From IMG/VR virus record IMGVR_UViG_3300049139_000096, positions 1 through 45,952 of that record: DNA of 45,952 nt; one strand, 5' to 3'. This stretch comes from a virus. Its lineage: Duplodnaviria > Caudoviricetes. The position numbers were made by a program, and so were the translations under genes. Of the stretch, positions 1-8,905 are shown one piece after another (the stretch's first letter is position 1; each line of letters starts with the position of its first letter). Under the pieces are notes generated by a model that ran no database searches, was not told where the DNA came from, and saw nothing but the letters and a program-made list of their open reading frames with translations.

Positions 1-1122
1 GACGAACAGCCCCGCGACGCGCTCGGCCGCTATGAAGGCGGCCAGCCGCAGGTCGGCGACGAGCGCGTCGCGGGGCTGTTCGTCGAGCCGCAGGCAATGG
101 ATCGGTTGTTCGCGCAGGCCAACACGCCAGATGTTCGCGCCGCGATCCGCGACGAAGTTCTGTCCAAGGGCGATACGTCCAACGCGGACCGGATTAACAA
201 CTTCCTGACGGACTACAGCGAACAGGTCGATCGCTTCCCCGGGCTGCGTGACGAACTTACGCGGGCTGCTGAAGCGCGCGGCGCAGAGGCAACGGCCGCT
301 ACCAGCCGCCAGACCTTCGAGAAGATCTACGGCACGCCGCAGAACGAGCGTGGCACAGGCACGGTGGGCAAGTATCTGCAGTTCGGAGACGAGCAGTCGG
401 AACGGGCGATCAGCCAGGTTCTCTCTTCCAAGGATACGGCAAAGGCCGCCGACGAGCTCATGACGTTCGTTAACGACAATCCGCGCGCTGTCGAAGGCGC
501 ACGCGCTGCATTCTGGCAGAAGCTGAAGACGGAAAGCCAGAGTGTCGATAACACGCAGCGTTCCATGAGCGGCAAGCGTCAATGGCGCGGCGACTGGCTG
601 AAGTCGTGGCTCGACGAGCCCGGCACTGCATCGGTCGCCGAGCGGCTGTACCGCGACAAGCCGGAAGACCTGGAGAAGCTGCGGGCCTTCGCGGACGTCC
701 TGGACAATGCCGATCTGCGCACGCGCGGCAAGGCGTCCGGTACGTCCGGTACGTCGCAGGGCGTCAGCAACATCCTGTCGCCGGAAACGATCCAGAGCCG
801 ATCCTACGCCTGGATGCGCGGACAGATCAGCGGAACCTATCTGGCAACGTCGATGGCCGCTGTCTTCGCTCGTCGTGCCATCCGCGGCGCTCGCGCCGAT
901 GCGATTGAGCGGCTGACGGACAAGGCGCTGCTGAACCCGGAAATCGCCAAGGAACTGCTGAAGGACAACAACCCGGCTAACCGTGCGGCTCTCGCTCGCA
1001 AGGCGAAGGGCTGGCTCGGCAACGAGGCCGCGACAACCTTGGAGATCCTGAACGAGGATGATGACGACGACTTCGATGAAGTGAAGCGTACGATCATGAA
1101 CGGCGGCGGGGGAAGCTGGTAA
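1..1122 (+). CDS. C-terminal part of a large internal virion/DNA ejection protein (5'-partial)
   Basis: Frame 1 is open from base 1 to TAA at 1120-1122; helical Ala/Arg-rich protein; lies at the end of the structural operon; its N-terminus is probably the ORF starting at 45459. Confidence 0.6.
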   Translation, partial: DEQPRDALGRYEGGQPQVGDERVAGLFVEPQAMDRLFAQANTPDVRAAIRDEVLSKGDTSNADRINNFLTDYSEQVDRFPGLRDELTRAAEARGAEATAATSRQTFEKIYGTPQNERGTGTVGKYLQFGDEQSERAISQVLSSKDTAKAADELMTFVNDNPRAVEGARAAFWQKLKTESQSVDNTQRSMSGKRQWRGDWLKSWLDEPGTASVAERLYRDKPEDLEKLRAFADVLDNADLRTRGKASGTSGTSQGVSNILSPETIQSRSYAWMRGQISGTYLATSMAAVFARRAIRGARADAIERLTDKALLNPEIAKELLKDNNPANRAALARKAKGWLGNEAATTLEILNEDDDDDFDEVKRTIMNGGGGSW

Positions 1123-1850
1123 TGGCTGTTTTGGATCCTATGGCTATTGGCTCGGCCCTTGTCGGGGCGGGCGAAAGGCCGAACAGGTCGCAGATTAAGG
1201 AGTATCTGAAGAACGGCGGCGTCAATCTTGATCCGGTCACGACGGCCTGGTGTGCGGCCTACGTCAATTCGACGCTGGCGCAGGCCGGCTATCAGGGCAC
1301 TGGCTCCAACATGGCCCGCAGCTTCCTGAACTACGGGCAGAAGGTCGACCAGCCGCAGAAGGGCGATCTGGCGGTGTTCCAGCGCGGCGATCCGAACGGA
1401 CCATTCGGGCATGTCGGGTTCTTCGACGGCCTCAATCCAGACGGGACGATCCGCGTCCTCGGCGGCAACCAGAAGGACGCCGTCAACTATTCGAACTATG
1501 GGGCGGATAAGTTGCTCGGGTATCGCCGGCCCGTGAAGGCTGGCGAGGCTCCGGCGGCTCCCAGCATCGCGAATATGTACGCGCCCGAAGCGCCAAAGGG
1601 AGGGCCGACGATCGCGAATGCCGCGGCACTTGCGCAGCCTGCACTGCCGGGCGGTCCGATGGGCGCGCCTGTGCTTGGCGCTGAACAGCCTGTTATGCCC
1701 GCGCAGCAGAACCTGGGGCAGATGGCCGCGCTGTTCGCGCAGCAACAGTCGAAGAAGAACGAGCAGCGGGCAGCGGAAGAAGCGGCCGAGCAGACCCGGC
1801 GCGCGGCGCTATTCAGCCAGGATAGTCTGGCCGGACTGTTTGGTGCGTAG
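1122..1850 (+). CDS. TIGR02594-family NlpC/P60/CHAP-like peptidoglycan hydrolase
   Basis: Motifs TAWCAAYVN, ARSFLNYG, GDLAVFQRG, GHVGFF, VLGGNQ; low-complexity Pro/Ala/Gln tail; TAATG overlap with the upstream gene. Confidence 0.8.
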   Translation: MAVLDPMAIGSALVGAGERPNRSQIKEYLKNGGVNLDPVTTAWCAAYVNSTLAQAGYQGTGSNMARSFLNYGQKVDQPQKGDLAVFQRGDPNGPFGHVGFFDGLNPDGTIRVLGGNQKDAVNYSNYGADKLLGYRRPVKAGEAPAAPSIANMYAPEAPKGGPTIANAAALAQPALPGGPMGAPVLGAEQPVMPAQQNLGQMAALFAQQQSKKNEQRAAEEAAEQTRRAALFSQDSLAGLFGA

Positions 1851-2003
1851 CCACTCAATAGGCTTCACTTCCCCGTCCTCGTAAACATGCGGCGGGTGGT
1901 CTTTGTTGAAAAGAAAGATCCGCCCATTGTGCTTAAGCATCGTCCAGCTTGTATCGCTGTTCGGCAACACCGCTACGAGCGTGGCCTTGGATGTAAGCGT
2001 CAT
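1809..2003 (-). CDS. hypothetical protein
   Basis: MTLTSK...; ATGA overlap with the upstream minus-strand ORF. Confidence 0.45.
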   Translation of the reverse strand: MTLTSKATLVAVLPNSDTSWTMLKHNGRIFLFNKDHPPHVYEDGEVKPIEWLRTKQSGQTILAE

Positions 2004-2152
2004 TGTACGATCCCTTCCACGAAGCGCACGACGGCGCCGAACTCGTCCGTGAAGAAGTAGAAGAACGCCCAAAGCAGGACGAGCCCGATCAGGAGCGCCG
2101 GGAAGAACTCGGCGGCGAAGGATCTCCAGAACGGCGGTGTGCTTCTAGCCAT
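2000..2152 (-). CDS. small membrane protein
   Basis: MARSTPPF... with hydrophobic segment FFPALLIGLVLLWAFFYFF; overlaps neighbours on both sides. Confidence 0.5.
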   Translation of the reverse strand: MARSTPPFWRSFAAEFFPALLIGLVLLWAFFYFFTDEFGAVVRFVEGIVQ

Positions 2153-2417
2153 GCTGAGGAGCATCGGGCTCTCCATCGGTTTTGTCAACGGCGAGGGCGG
2201 CGTCAAGTTCATCCTTCGACCAGCTAAGGCCTACGTCCCTACGCCCGTATTTCTCAATAACCCGCTTAAACTCATGCAGGATGTAGAATGGCCTATTGCC
2301 ACTGGAGTACCCACCGAGGTTATTTGCTTGAAGATCGCGCCACAGTAGCTCGGCGTCAGCGAGAATTTCTTTACGCTCTTGCTCGGAAAAAAGGTCCGGG
2401 AGTTTTCGTGCGGTCAT
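2145..2417 (-). CDS. hypothetical protein
   Basis: 90 aa ORF with AGGAG RBS upstream. Confidence 0.6.
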   Translation of the reverse strand: MTARKLPDLFSEQERKEILADAELLWRDLQANNLGGYSSGNRPFYILHEFKRVIEKYGRRDVGLSWSKDELDAALAVDKTDGEPDAPQHG

Positions 2418-2441
2418 GTCGTTTCTCCTGTGCGCACTCGT

Positions 2442-2727
2442 GAGTGCCCAAAATAGTGCCCAAGTTGCTGTATGTCAGGCAGTCGGCCTGTTGTAGGCCA
2501 ACCGCTAAGTCATTGCATTGGAAGGAGAAAAAGTGGTGCTGCTAGAGAGATTTGAACTCTCGGCCTCTCCCTTACCAATACAGTTGTAGGTTATTTGTAG
2601 GTCGTTGTGTGGTAAGCACCTTCCCTGTAATGCAAGGCTTTGTCGAGATCTTTGTAGGTCAGTGTCTGTCGTTGTAGGTCAAAACCAGTGCCCGAATTGC
2701 GCACAAGTGCTCATCGGGAGTGCTCAA
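2442..2727. repeat. putative integrase arm-type sites AGTGC[CT]C[AG] flanking the attP core
   Basis: AGTGCCCA at ~2443 and ~2455; AGTGCCCG at ~2687; AGTGCTCA at ~2706 and ~2719. Confidence 0.6.
2534..2578 (-). mobile_element. attP: attP core = 3' half of tRNA-Thr(GGT)
   Basis: Reverse complement reads TTGGTAA-GGGAG-AGGCC-GAGAGTTCAAATCTCTC-TAGCAGCACCA (anticodon loop to CCA); the 5' half of the tRNA is absent; lies near the integrase. Confidence 0.9.
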
Positions 2728-2730
2728 GTT

Positions 2731-3120
2731 TCAGTAGCAGAACCAGTAGGCGCAGTCGGTACATTTGACCCCGCCGCCAGATTGAGCTTTCAGTCGTCCC
2801 GTGCTGCATTCGGGGCAAGCCTGTTCTTTAGCGGCTGTCTTACCAGGCAAAGTCTTTTCCTGCAGCGCTTCTACCGCTGCCCGCGCGATATGCAGGCGGG
2901 TTAGGCGTTCGTACTCTTTGCGCGCAGCTTCCTTGTCCGTAGTGCGAAGAACCGAACGCCCGTAAGTTTCACTGCGAGGATCGCGGAAATCACGAACGCG
3001 GTGAGGCTCCTTGTCACCACAGTCGGTGTAGTCATAAAGGCCGTAAGGGCCCTCTCTGCCAGGGCACTGTGCGAGTTCTATCGCAGCGGCTACGCGTTCT
3101 AATGTCGTGTCGTCAATCAT
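2731..3120 (-). CDS. hypothetical protein with C-terminal zinc ribbon
   Basis: MIDDTTLER...CPECSTG...KCTDC; ATG overlaps the integrase stop (ATGA). Confidence 0.65.
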   Translation of the reverse strand: MIDDTTLERVAAAIELAQCPGREGPYGLYDYTDCGDKEPHRVRDFRDPRSETYGRSVLRTTDKEAARKEYERLTRLHIARAAVEALQEKTLPGKTAAKEQACPECSTGRLKAQSGGGVKCTDCAYWFCY

Positions 3121-4235
3121 TCTGCTGCCTCCAAAACGCCTGAAGAGATCGAGTTCACAGCAGCCCGCAGGCGGTCCGGGCAATGCTTCGAATAGACCTT
3201 CTCGACCATCGCCATCGAGTTCCCGAGGATCCCGGCGATGTCGTAGAGGGGAACGCCGCGTCGCGCCATTTGCGTCGCTGCAGTGTGGCGGAACGTGTGC
3301 GGCGATATTCCAGTGCGGACCGGCTTCTGGCTCGAAGCGACTTTCTGCTTCGGAACCAGGCCGGATCTGATAACGATCGACTGAACCGTCGCCCAAATCT
3401 CGGCGGTGTGGTCCATGACGTTATCGTTGATCCTCTCCCTGTGCATTCTCTCCAGCACCGGCCGCAACGCCCGTGAAATCGGGACGACGACGCGGCGCTT
3501 CTTGGTTGCCTTCCGGTCCGGGTCGGAGAAGTCGATCGTCCCGATATCGAAGTCGACCCGATCCCATGTCAGGTCGAGAATGGCCTGCTTGCGAGCGGCC
3601 GTCTCCAGCGCCAGCCACACGAAGCGCTCTCCCCGGGACATACGCGTCTCGCCCGGGTGCAGTTCCTTGGCGGCCTTCAGCACACGCTCAATCTCGGCCA
3701 TTGTCAGCCAGCGGTCGCGAGCGCGCCCTTCCTCCGGCAGAACATAGCCCGGTAGATCCTTTACCTCCAGCAGCCGCCTTTTGCCGCGCTTCGGGGAGGC
3801 GTGCCAGTTGAAGCAGGCGCGCAGCGCGACGAGCTCTTTCCGCACCGTTGACGGCTTCGAGGCACGGCCGATCTTGCCGGCGACGCGCAGATCTTCGTAT
3901 TCGTCGATTGTGTCCTGGTCGATCTGATCGAGACGCAGCGAACCGAAATGAACACTCAGGTTCTTCCAGGCGAACTCGATCGACGCCGGCGACGCTGTTT
4001 CCTTCTGGACGTGCTTTTCGTCATAGACAGACCAGAGATCGGCCACCGTCAGCGCGATCCGGCCTTCTTCGGTGATCTCGCCTTTGTGCCCGCCGAGGAG
4101 GAGCCACTGTGCGAACCGGGCTTCCGCAGCAGCGTGGTCTTTAGTGCCCATGCTCTTGCGCTTTGTACGTCGGTTCTCGGACCAGTAGGCGTACCATGTC
4201 CCGTTGTCTTCTGTCCGGAGGATTGGTGTCGGCAT
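3117..4235 (-). CDS. int: tyrosine recombinase/integrase
   Basis: ETAAR, SPHTFRHTAAT (HxxR), LGNS and VYSK catalytic motifs; GGAG RBS before MPTPILRT; close to attP. Confidence 0.95.
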   Translation of the reverse strand: MPTPILRTEDNGTWYAYWSENRRTKRKSMGTKDHAAAEARFAQWLLLGGHKGEITEEGRIALTVADLWSVYDEKHVQKETASPASIEFAWKNLSVHFGSLRLDQIDQDTIDEYEDLRVAGKIGRASKPSTVRKELVALRACFNWHASPKRGKRRLLEVKDLPGYVLPEEGRARDRWLTMAEIERVLKAAKELHPGETRMSRGERFVWLALETAARKQAILDLTWDRVDFDIGTIDFSDPDRKATKKRRVVVPISRALRPVLERMHRERINDNVMDHTAEIWATVQSIVIRSGLVPKQKVASSQKPVRTGISPHTFRHTAATQMARRGVPLYDIAGILGNSMAMVEKVYSKHCPDRLRAAVNSISSGVLEAAE

Positions 4236-4390
4236 TTCATACACTCCAAATACGCATCGACGTCGGTTTTCGCTATCAGAACCGGGCGCCCCGGCACGTA
4301 GGGAAGTTTCCCTGCGAGCCGGAGTCGTTTGATCTTCTGGCGGTCGCAACGCATGAGCGCGGCAACTTCACTTTCCAGCATCCACTGCAT
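4049..4390 (-). CDS. xis: excisionase-like HTH protein (RDF)
   Basis: LESEVAALMRCDRQKIKRLRLAGKLPY...VLIAKTDVDAYL is HTH_17/Xis-like; lies between repressor and int and overlaps int. Confidence 0.7.
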   Translation of the reverse strand: MQWMLESEVAALMRCDRQKIKRLRLAGKLPYVPGRPVLIAKTDVDAYLECMKCRHQSSGQKTTGHGTPTGPRTDVQSARAWALKTTLLRKPGSHSGSSSAGTKARSPKKAGSR

Positions 4391-4805
4391 TGTCATTGGC
4401 GAGGATATCCATGATCTTCATCGCGCTCTCGACGGTAACGAGCCGGTTGACCCGCAGCCAGGCGATGTTCGGCGCGTTCGGGCTGACCTTCATTTCGATA
4501 GCTGGCATGTCAGCGTCAATCGCGCCCTCGATATGATTGGGCAAGAGTTCTTCAGGCGCCACGCCGAGAGCCTTGGCGAGAGCGGCCAGGCTGGTAGGCG
4601 TGGGTAGAGATTTACCGCGCACGTAGACGGAGATACTGTCTCTTGGCAGGCCGGATTGGCGAGCGAGTTCACTTTGCCTCCAACCCTTCGAGAGCATCAG
4701 CTGATAAACGCGTTTGCCGAATTGTTGCTTCGTCAAGTGCGACGGCGCGAGATTGGAACCGCTGGGGCTGTCTCCAATCATGTGCGTTCGAACCAGATTA
4801 GTCAT
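4368..4805 (-). CDS. Xre-family HTH phage repressor
   Basis: FGKRVYQLMLSKGWRQSELARQSGLPRDSISVYVRGKSLP...LAKALGV; divergent from the lytic operon. Confidence 0.85.
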   Translation of the reverse strand: MTNLVRTHMIGDSPSGSNLAPSHLTKQQFGKRVYQLMLSKGWRQSELARQSGLPRDSISVYVRGKSLPTPTSLAALAKALGVAPEELLPNHIEGAIDADMPAIEMKVSPNAPNIAWLRVNRLVTVESAMKIMDILANDNAVDAGK

Positions 4806-5003
4806 AAGTCGTCCCTTTTTCATTCCAGGCAAATCAGCTTGTAAGTCACTTGTATGTCACCACTATGTCGGGGTCAAGACAAATTGTCCGCTGCTCCCTC
4901 ATGTGCGTTACCGCACAGTTAAGGACAAAATGTCCGAAATGTAGGTTGACACGACCGACAGAACCATATTAGCTTTCACCAATTCGTTAATCGAGGGTTC
5001 AGC
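4806..5003. promoter_or_regulatory. divergent lysis/lysogeny switch region
   Basis: TTGACA at 4946; palindromes AGACA-AAT-TGTCC (4877-4889) and GGACA-AAA-TGTCC (4923-4935); TGTA[AT]GTCA repeats at 4840 and 4851. Confidence 0.7.
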
Positions 5004-5255
5004 ATGGTATTTGATACAATGCGGTTTATAGATGACCACTTGGTCAACGCGGACGCCGTCGTCGGCCTTGCCAACCATTTGCGCGTTGACGTTCCGACCA
5101 AAGATACGTTGCGAAAATGGTTCACCCGTGGCTCTATTCCCGGGGAGTGGTGGCCTGTTATGCTGGCTCTTTTGGAAAAGGACGCAGGAAGACCTGTAAG
5201 TCTCGTTCAGTACCTCGAGGGAGGAACAGTGCATGTCGCAGATATCTTTGCTTGA
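5004..5255 (+). CDS. Cro-like small DNA-binding protein
   Basis: First gene divergent from the repressor; TLRKWFTRGSIPGEWW resembles a Cro/YdaS HTH; GAGG RBS. Confidence 0.6.
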   Translation: MVFDTMRFIDDHLVNADAVVGLANHLRVDVPTKDTLRKWFTRGSIPGEWWPVMLALLEKDAGRPVSLVQYLEGGTVHVADIFA

Positions 5256-5478
5256 TGAAAAAACGCTCCGCGAACTTGAGACTGCACGCCTTTGGGATCT
5301 GCGCCAAGACCTCCGAAAGGTTAGAACTGACCATCTTTGGTCCGGAGAGGGCGCTTTTGAGGTACGCGACGAATTAGATTTGCTCGCTTCGATGGGCACC
5401 TGTCCGGCGGTTGTCCGGCACGCCCGCAAGGCAATAGCCGAGATAGACCGGACATGGCCGCATGTTGCTGTCGCATGA
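5233..5478 (+). CDS. hypothetical protein
   Basis: GGAGG RBS; overlaps both neighbours. Confidence 0.6.
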   Translation: MSQISLLDEKTLRELETARLWDLRQDLRKVRTDHLWSGEGAFEVRDELDLLASMGTCPAVVRHARKAIAEIDRTWPHVAVA

Positions 5479-5900
5479 TAGAGATCGTTTTGTTGGGCGC
5501 CCCTCGCGGTAAAGAGCGCCCGCGGCTGACAAAAGCCGGCCACGTCTACACTCCTGAAAAGACGCGCGACTACGAGGCCGCGCTGAAATACGCCGCCAAG
5601 GAAGCGATGGGCGATCGCCCTCCCTTGGATGGGCCGCTACAGATCGATATGATCGTAAACATGCCCATTGCCCGCTCATGGCCGAAGAAGCGCCAGGAAG
5701 CTGCGCGGGCCGGACGGGAGAGGCCGACAAAAAAGCCCGATTATGATAACTTCGCCAAGGTCGTTGATGCTTTGAACCTCGTTGTCTGGATTGACGATGC
5801 GCAAGTAGTGGACGGCAGGATACAGAAATTCTACAGCGACAAGCCGGGAATGCACATCACAGTGCGGCCCCTCCAACCGACAGAAGGGATATTTGGATGA
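5475..5900 (+). CDS. rusA: RusA-like Holliday junction resolvase
   Basis: PRGKERPR...YTPEKTRDYE...KKPDYDNFAKVVDALN...WIDDAQVV. Confidence 0.9.
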   Translation: MIEIVLLGAPRGKERPRLTKAGHVYTPEKTRDYEAALKYAAKEAMGDRPPLDGPLQIDMIVNMPIARSWPKKRQEAARAGRERPTKKPDYDNFAKVVDALNLVVWIDDAQVVDGRIQKFYSDKPGMHITVRPLQPTEGIFG

Positions 5901-6427
5901 CTGAGTTCAAGGTGGGTGATCGTGTCAGACACAAAACGATTGACGAAGCAGATATCGGCGTTGTGCAGGAAGTAATGCCAACCGGGCACGTAGTCGTTAA
6001 GTATCGTAGCTCATACGGCCTCTGCACAGATCCACCGGAAGATCTAGTATTGCTAGAGCAGCCGGTCATCAACACGCCCGAGGCAGAGACGTTCGGCCCT
6101 CTCCAGGAGAAGACGGAAGCCGGGTCGAAGTTCGACGGCGGCAAGGCGCGCATTGATCTAATCGCCCCTGAGATGCTGATCGGCACAGCCGAGATACTGG
6201 ACTTCGGGGCGAAGAAATACGGGGAGCGCAATTGGGAGCAGGGCATGTCTTGGTCCCGGCCATTCGCAGCGCTCATGCGCCACATGTGGGCGTGGTGGGC
6301 CGGACAAGAGCTCGACGAGGAAACCGGCAAGTCTCACCTGTTCCATGCTGCTTGCTGCTTGATGTTCCTGATCGCCTTCGAAGCCCGGAAAACAGGAAAA
6401 GACGATCGAGCGAAAGTTTCTATTTGA
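5897..6427 (+). CDS. DUF5664 dATP/dGTP diphosphohydrolase-domain protein
   Basis: KFDGGK..DLI...FGAKKYGERNW..G...AALMRH...DEETGKSHLFHAACCLMFL. Confidence 0.85.
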   Translation: MTEFKVGDRVRHKTIDEADIGVVQEVMPTGHVVVKYRSSYGLCTDPPEDLVLLEQPVINTPEAETFGPLQEKTEAGSKFDGGKARIDLIAPEMLIGTAEILDFGAKKYGERNWEQGMSWSRPFAALMRHMWAWWAGQELDEETGKSHLFHAACCLMFLIAFEARKTGKDDRAKVSI

Positions 6428-6526
6428 CTTTTGTGTCTTCCATGTATGTTATGATGACATACAACGCCGGACACGCCCTGACTAACATGCTTCCATCGCT
6501 TTCATCGCTAACATCGGACGACCGCT

Positions 6527-7882
6527 TTGCGCTACATTCCCTTTCAGCATCAGATAGACGGCGCGAAGTTCCTGGCGGAACGAGACGCTGGCCTGCTCGC
6601 AGACGAACCGCGTGTCGGCAAAACCGGCGCTGCCATCATGGCCGCCGACATGAACCTCGAAGAGAAGATCCTGGTCATAACGACCGCGTCGGGCCGTCCT
6701 GTATGGAACCGCGCCTTCCGTGACTGGTCGCCGTTCAACCGCGACGTCCAGGTCATATCCAAGGCCACCGACACACTGAAGTCGGCGTGCGCCATCGTCG
6801 GATGGGGCGGGGCGCCTTCGCCCCAGATACGATCCATGCTGCTGCGCCGTAAGTGGGACAGGATAATCTCCGATGAAGACCATATGGCAAAGTCTTTTGA
6901 GGCTGCGCGCACTCGCGCCCTCTATGGAGAACCCCACGAAGACGGCGCGCTCGTCAACACCAGCACGGCCCTGATACGCGCAGCAGAAGGTAAAGTGTGG
7001 TGCCTGACCGGCACGCCGCAGCCCTCCGACCCGCGCGACTGGTATCCGCGGCTCCGGTCGCTGCGCCCCGGCTGCCTGAAGGCCCACGGCGACATGCCGG
7101 ACGTCACGAAGTTCAGCCACTTCATGCACCGCTACGGCGAATATCGCTTCAAGAAGATCGGCAACGGCTGGAAGAAAGTTCCCGTCTTCATCAAGGGCAA
7201 GAACCTGGCCGAGCTCAATGCCCGGATCGGCGATTTCATGCTCCTGCGGACGCAGCAGGACGTCGGCATCCGCGAACCGATCTACGACATCCTGCCGCTC
7301 GCCATATCGCCCGCCATGCGTCGCGAAGCCGAAGGCGACCTGAAATCCGAACAGATCATCGCGGCCGCCGAGAACGGCGATACCCGGGCGCTGGAAATGC
7401 ACCTTGGCCCGCTTCGGCGCCTGACGGGCGAGATCAAGGCCCACGCCGTCGTCGAAGCCGTCAAGGACGAGTTCGCCTGCGGGCTCGACAAGATCGTGCT
7501 GGCGTACTGGCACAAGGACGTCGGGCAAGTCCTGAAAGACGGCCTTTCAACGTATGGCGTTGTCGGCATTGACGGCTCGACGCCAACCAACATTCGCGGG
7601 GCGGCCGAACAGCGCTTCCTGCACGATCCATCGGTCCGCGTCTTCCTCGGCCAGATCCAGGCTGCAGGCGAGGCGATCGATCTCTCATCAGCGGCGAACC
7701 TTTGGTTCGTCGAAACCAGCTTCACCCCGAAAGACATGAAGCAAATGTCGCTCCGGGTGACGAACCACACGCAGACCCGCCAAGTCCTCGTCCGGGTGTG
7801 CGTGATGGAAAACTCCATCGACGAGGCGTTGCAAGAGATCCTGGTCCGTAAGTGGTCGGCGATCCGAGAAGTGCTCAAATAG
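6527..7882 (+). CDS. SNF2-like superfamily 2 helicase
   Basis: PFQHQIDG (Q motif), LADEPRVGKT (I), SDEDH (II), LTGTP (III), AAGEAIDL (V); TTG start is uncertain. Confidence 0.85.
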   Translation: MRYIPFQHQIDGAKFLAERDAGLLADEPRVGKTGAAIMAADMNLEEKILVITTASGRPVWNRAFRDWSPFNRDVQVISKATDTLKSACAIVGWGGAPSPQIRSMLLRRKWDRIISDEDHMAKSFEAARTRALYGEPHEDGALVNTSTALIRAAEGKVWCLTGTPQPSDPRDWYPRLRSLRPGCLKAHGDMPDVTKFSHFMHRYGEYRFKKIGNGWKKVPVFIKGKNLAELNARIGDFMLLRTQQDVGIREPIYDILPLAISPAMRREAEGDLKSEQIIAAAENGDTRALEMHLGPLRRLTGEIKAHAVVEAVKDEFACGLDKIVLAYWHKDVGQVLKDGLSTYGVVGIDGSTPTNIRGAAEQRFLHDPSVRVFLGQIQAAGEAIDLSSAANLWFVETSFTPKDMKQMSLRVTNHTQTRQVLVRVCVMENSIDEALQEILVRKWSAIREVLK

Positions 7883-7893
7883 GAGACAGCACA

Positions 7894-8580
7894 ATGGCAG
7901 TTCGAATTGAAATTTACACCACTTCTGACGCGGGGCTACCCGAAAAGGAGCAAATTGACCAAAGCATGATCGCGCTCGGCTTTGTCCGGCAATCCTATCT
8001 TGGGGAACGCCGAGTTGCAGTCGAAAACGGCAAGACTTACCTTACGCACGAAGATCTCAGCCCTCCGGGACTTATTGAGGGCGGCAGGTCGACTGTGACT
8101 GGAGACGTCGAAGTCCAGTCCGGGCAGGCAGACGTCAAGCGCGAACGCGGCAAGCCCGCCCCGGGCCGTGCCCGCCGCACCAAGGAAGAGATAGCCGAGG
8201 ACGAAGCAGCCGATAAGGCTGAAGCGGCGACCGGCCAGACCATCTCGACCGGCGGCGAGCGTGTCGGCCCGGAAGACGACGCGGCGACACAGGAGCAGGA
8301 CAAGGCCGACGAACAGGCCGAAGTGGCCGCCTCGCGCGACACCGTCAAGCCCCTTACGATCGACGACGTCAAGCAGGCGGTCGGCCTGTACGTCGCCAAG
8401 CACGGTCTGCCGGCGACCAACGAGGACGGGCCGAACATCTTCACGGACGTTCTCGGCGCGCCGCCGGAAGGCAACCCGTTCTGGAAGATGTCCATCTTGC
8501 CTGACGACCAGAAGAAGCTGGCCGTCTGCGTCAAGGCATGGACGGACGCCGCTGCGGCTGAAACCCGGTACGGAGCCTGA
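7894..8580 (+). CDS. hypothetical acidic protein
   Basis: AGGAG RBS; position upstream of DUF2800 is typical. Confidence 0.7.
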   Translation: MAVRIEIYTTSDAGLPEKEQIDQSMIALGFVRQSYLGERRVAVENGKTYLTHEDLSPPGLIEGGRSTVTGDVEVQSGQADVKRERGKPAPGRARRTKEEIAEDEAADKAEAATGQTISTGGERVGPEDDAATQEQDKADEQAEVAASRDTVKPLTIDDVKQAVGLYVAKHGLPATNEDGPNIFTDVLGAPPEGNPFWKMSILPDDQKKLAVCVKAWTDAAAAETRYGA

Positions 8581-8581
8581 G

Positions 8582-8905
8582 ATGTACAAGAAGCTCCTAC
8601 TTTCCGCCGCCGCAGCTGTCGGACTTAAGTCCGGTATGGCCGCCAACGCTCGTTTCGCCTTTGGTAAGACCTTCGGGGAGCGGCCTACGAAACGGAAGCC
8701 GGAGCGGCGCGTAGCCGCACCGATCGCCAGCACGAAAAGGGCTCGGCGCCGCGCAGAAGCGCAGTCACGTTTCGACCGCCAGATCGAGAAGGAACGCGCT
8801 ATCGGCGTGGACCCGATCTTCCTGCACGGTTCCAGCCTCCGTAAGGACGCGTTGCGGCCGGGCTGGCTGAAGAAGAGCGCCGAGTGGGATCGGGCGCATG
8901 GCTGA
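8582..8905 (+). CDS. hypothetical basic protein
   Basis: MYKKLLLS...; GGAG RBS; overlaps the next gene. Confidence 0.55.
   Translation: MYKKLLLSAAAAVGLKSGMAANARFAFGKTFGERPTKRKPERRVAAPIASTKRARRRAEAQSRFDRQIEKERAIGVDPIFLHGSSLRKDALRPGWLKKSAEWDRAHG

Noticed and set aside
2534-2578. Functional tRNA-Thr gene
   Set aside because: Only the 3' half is present, with no D arm or 5' acceptor strand; it is the attP core
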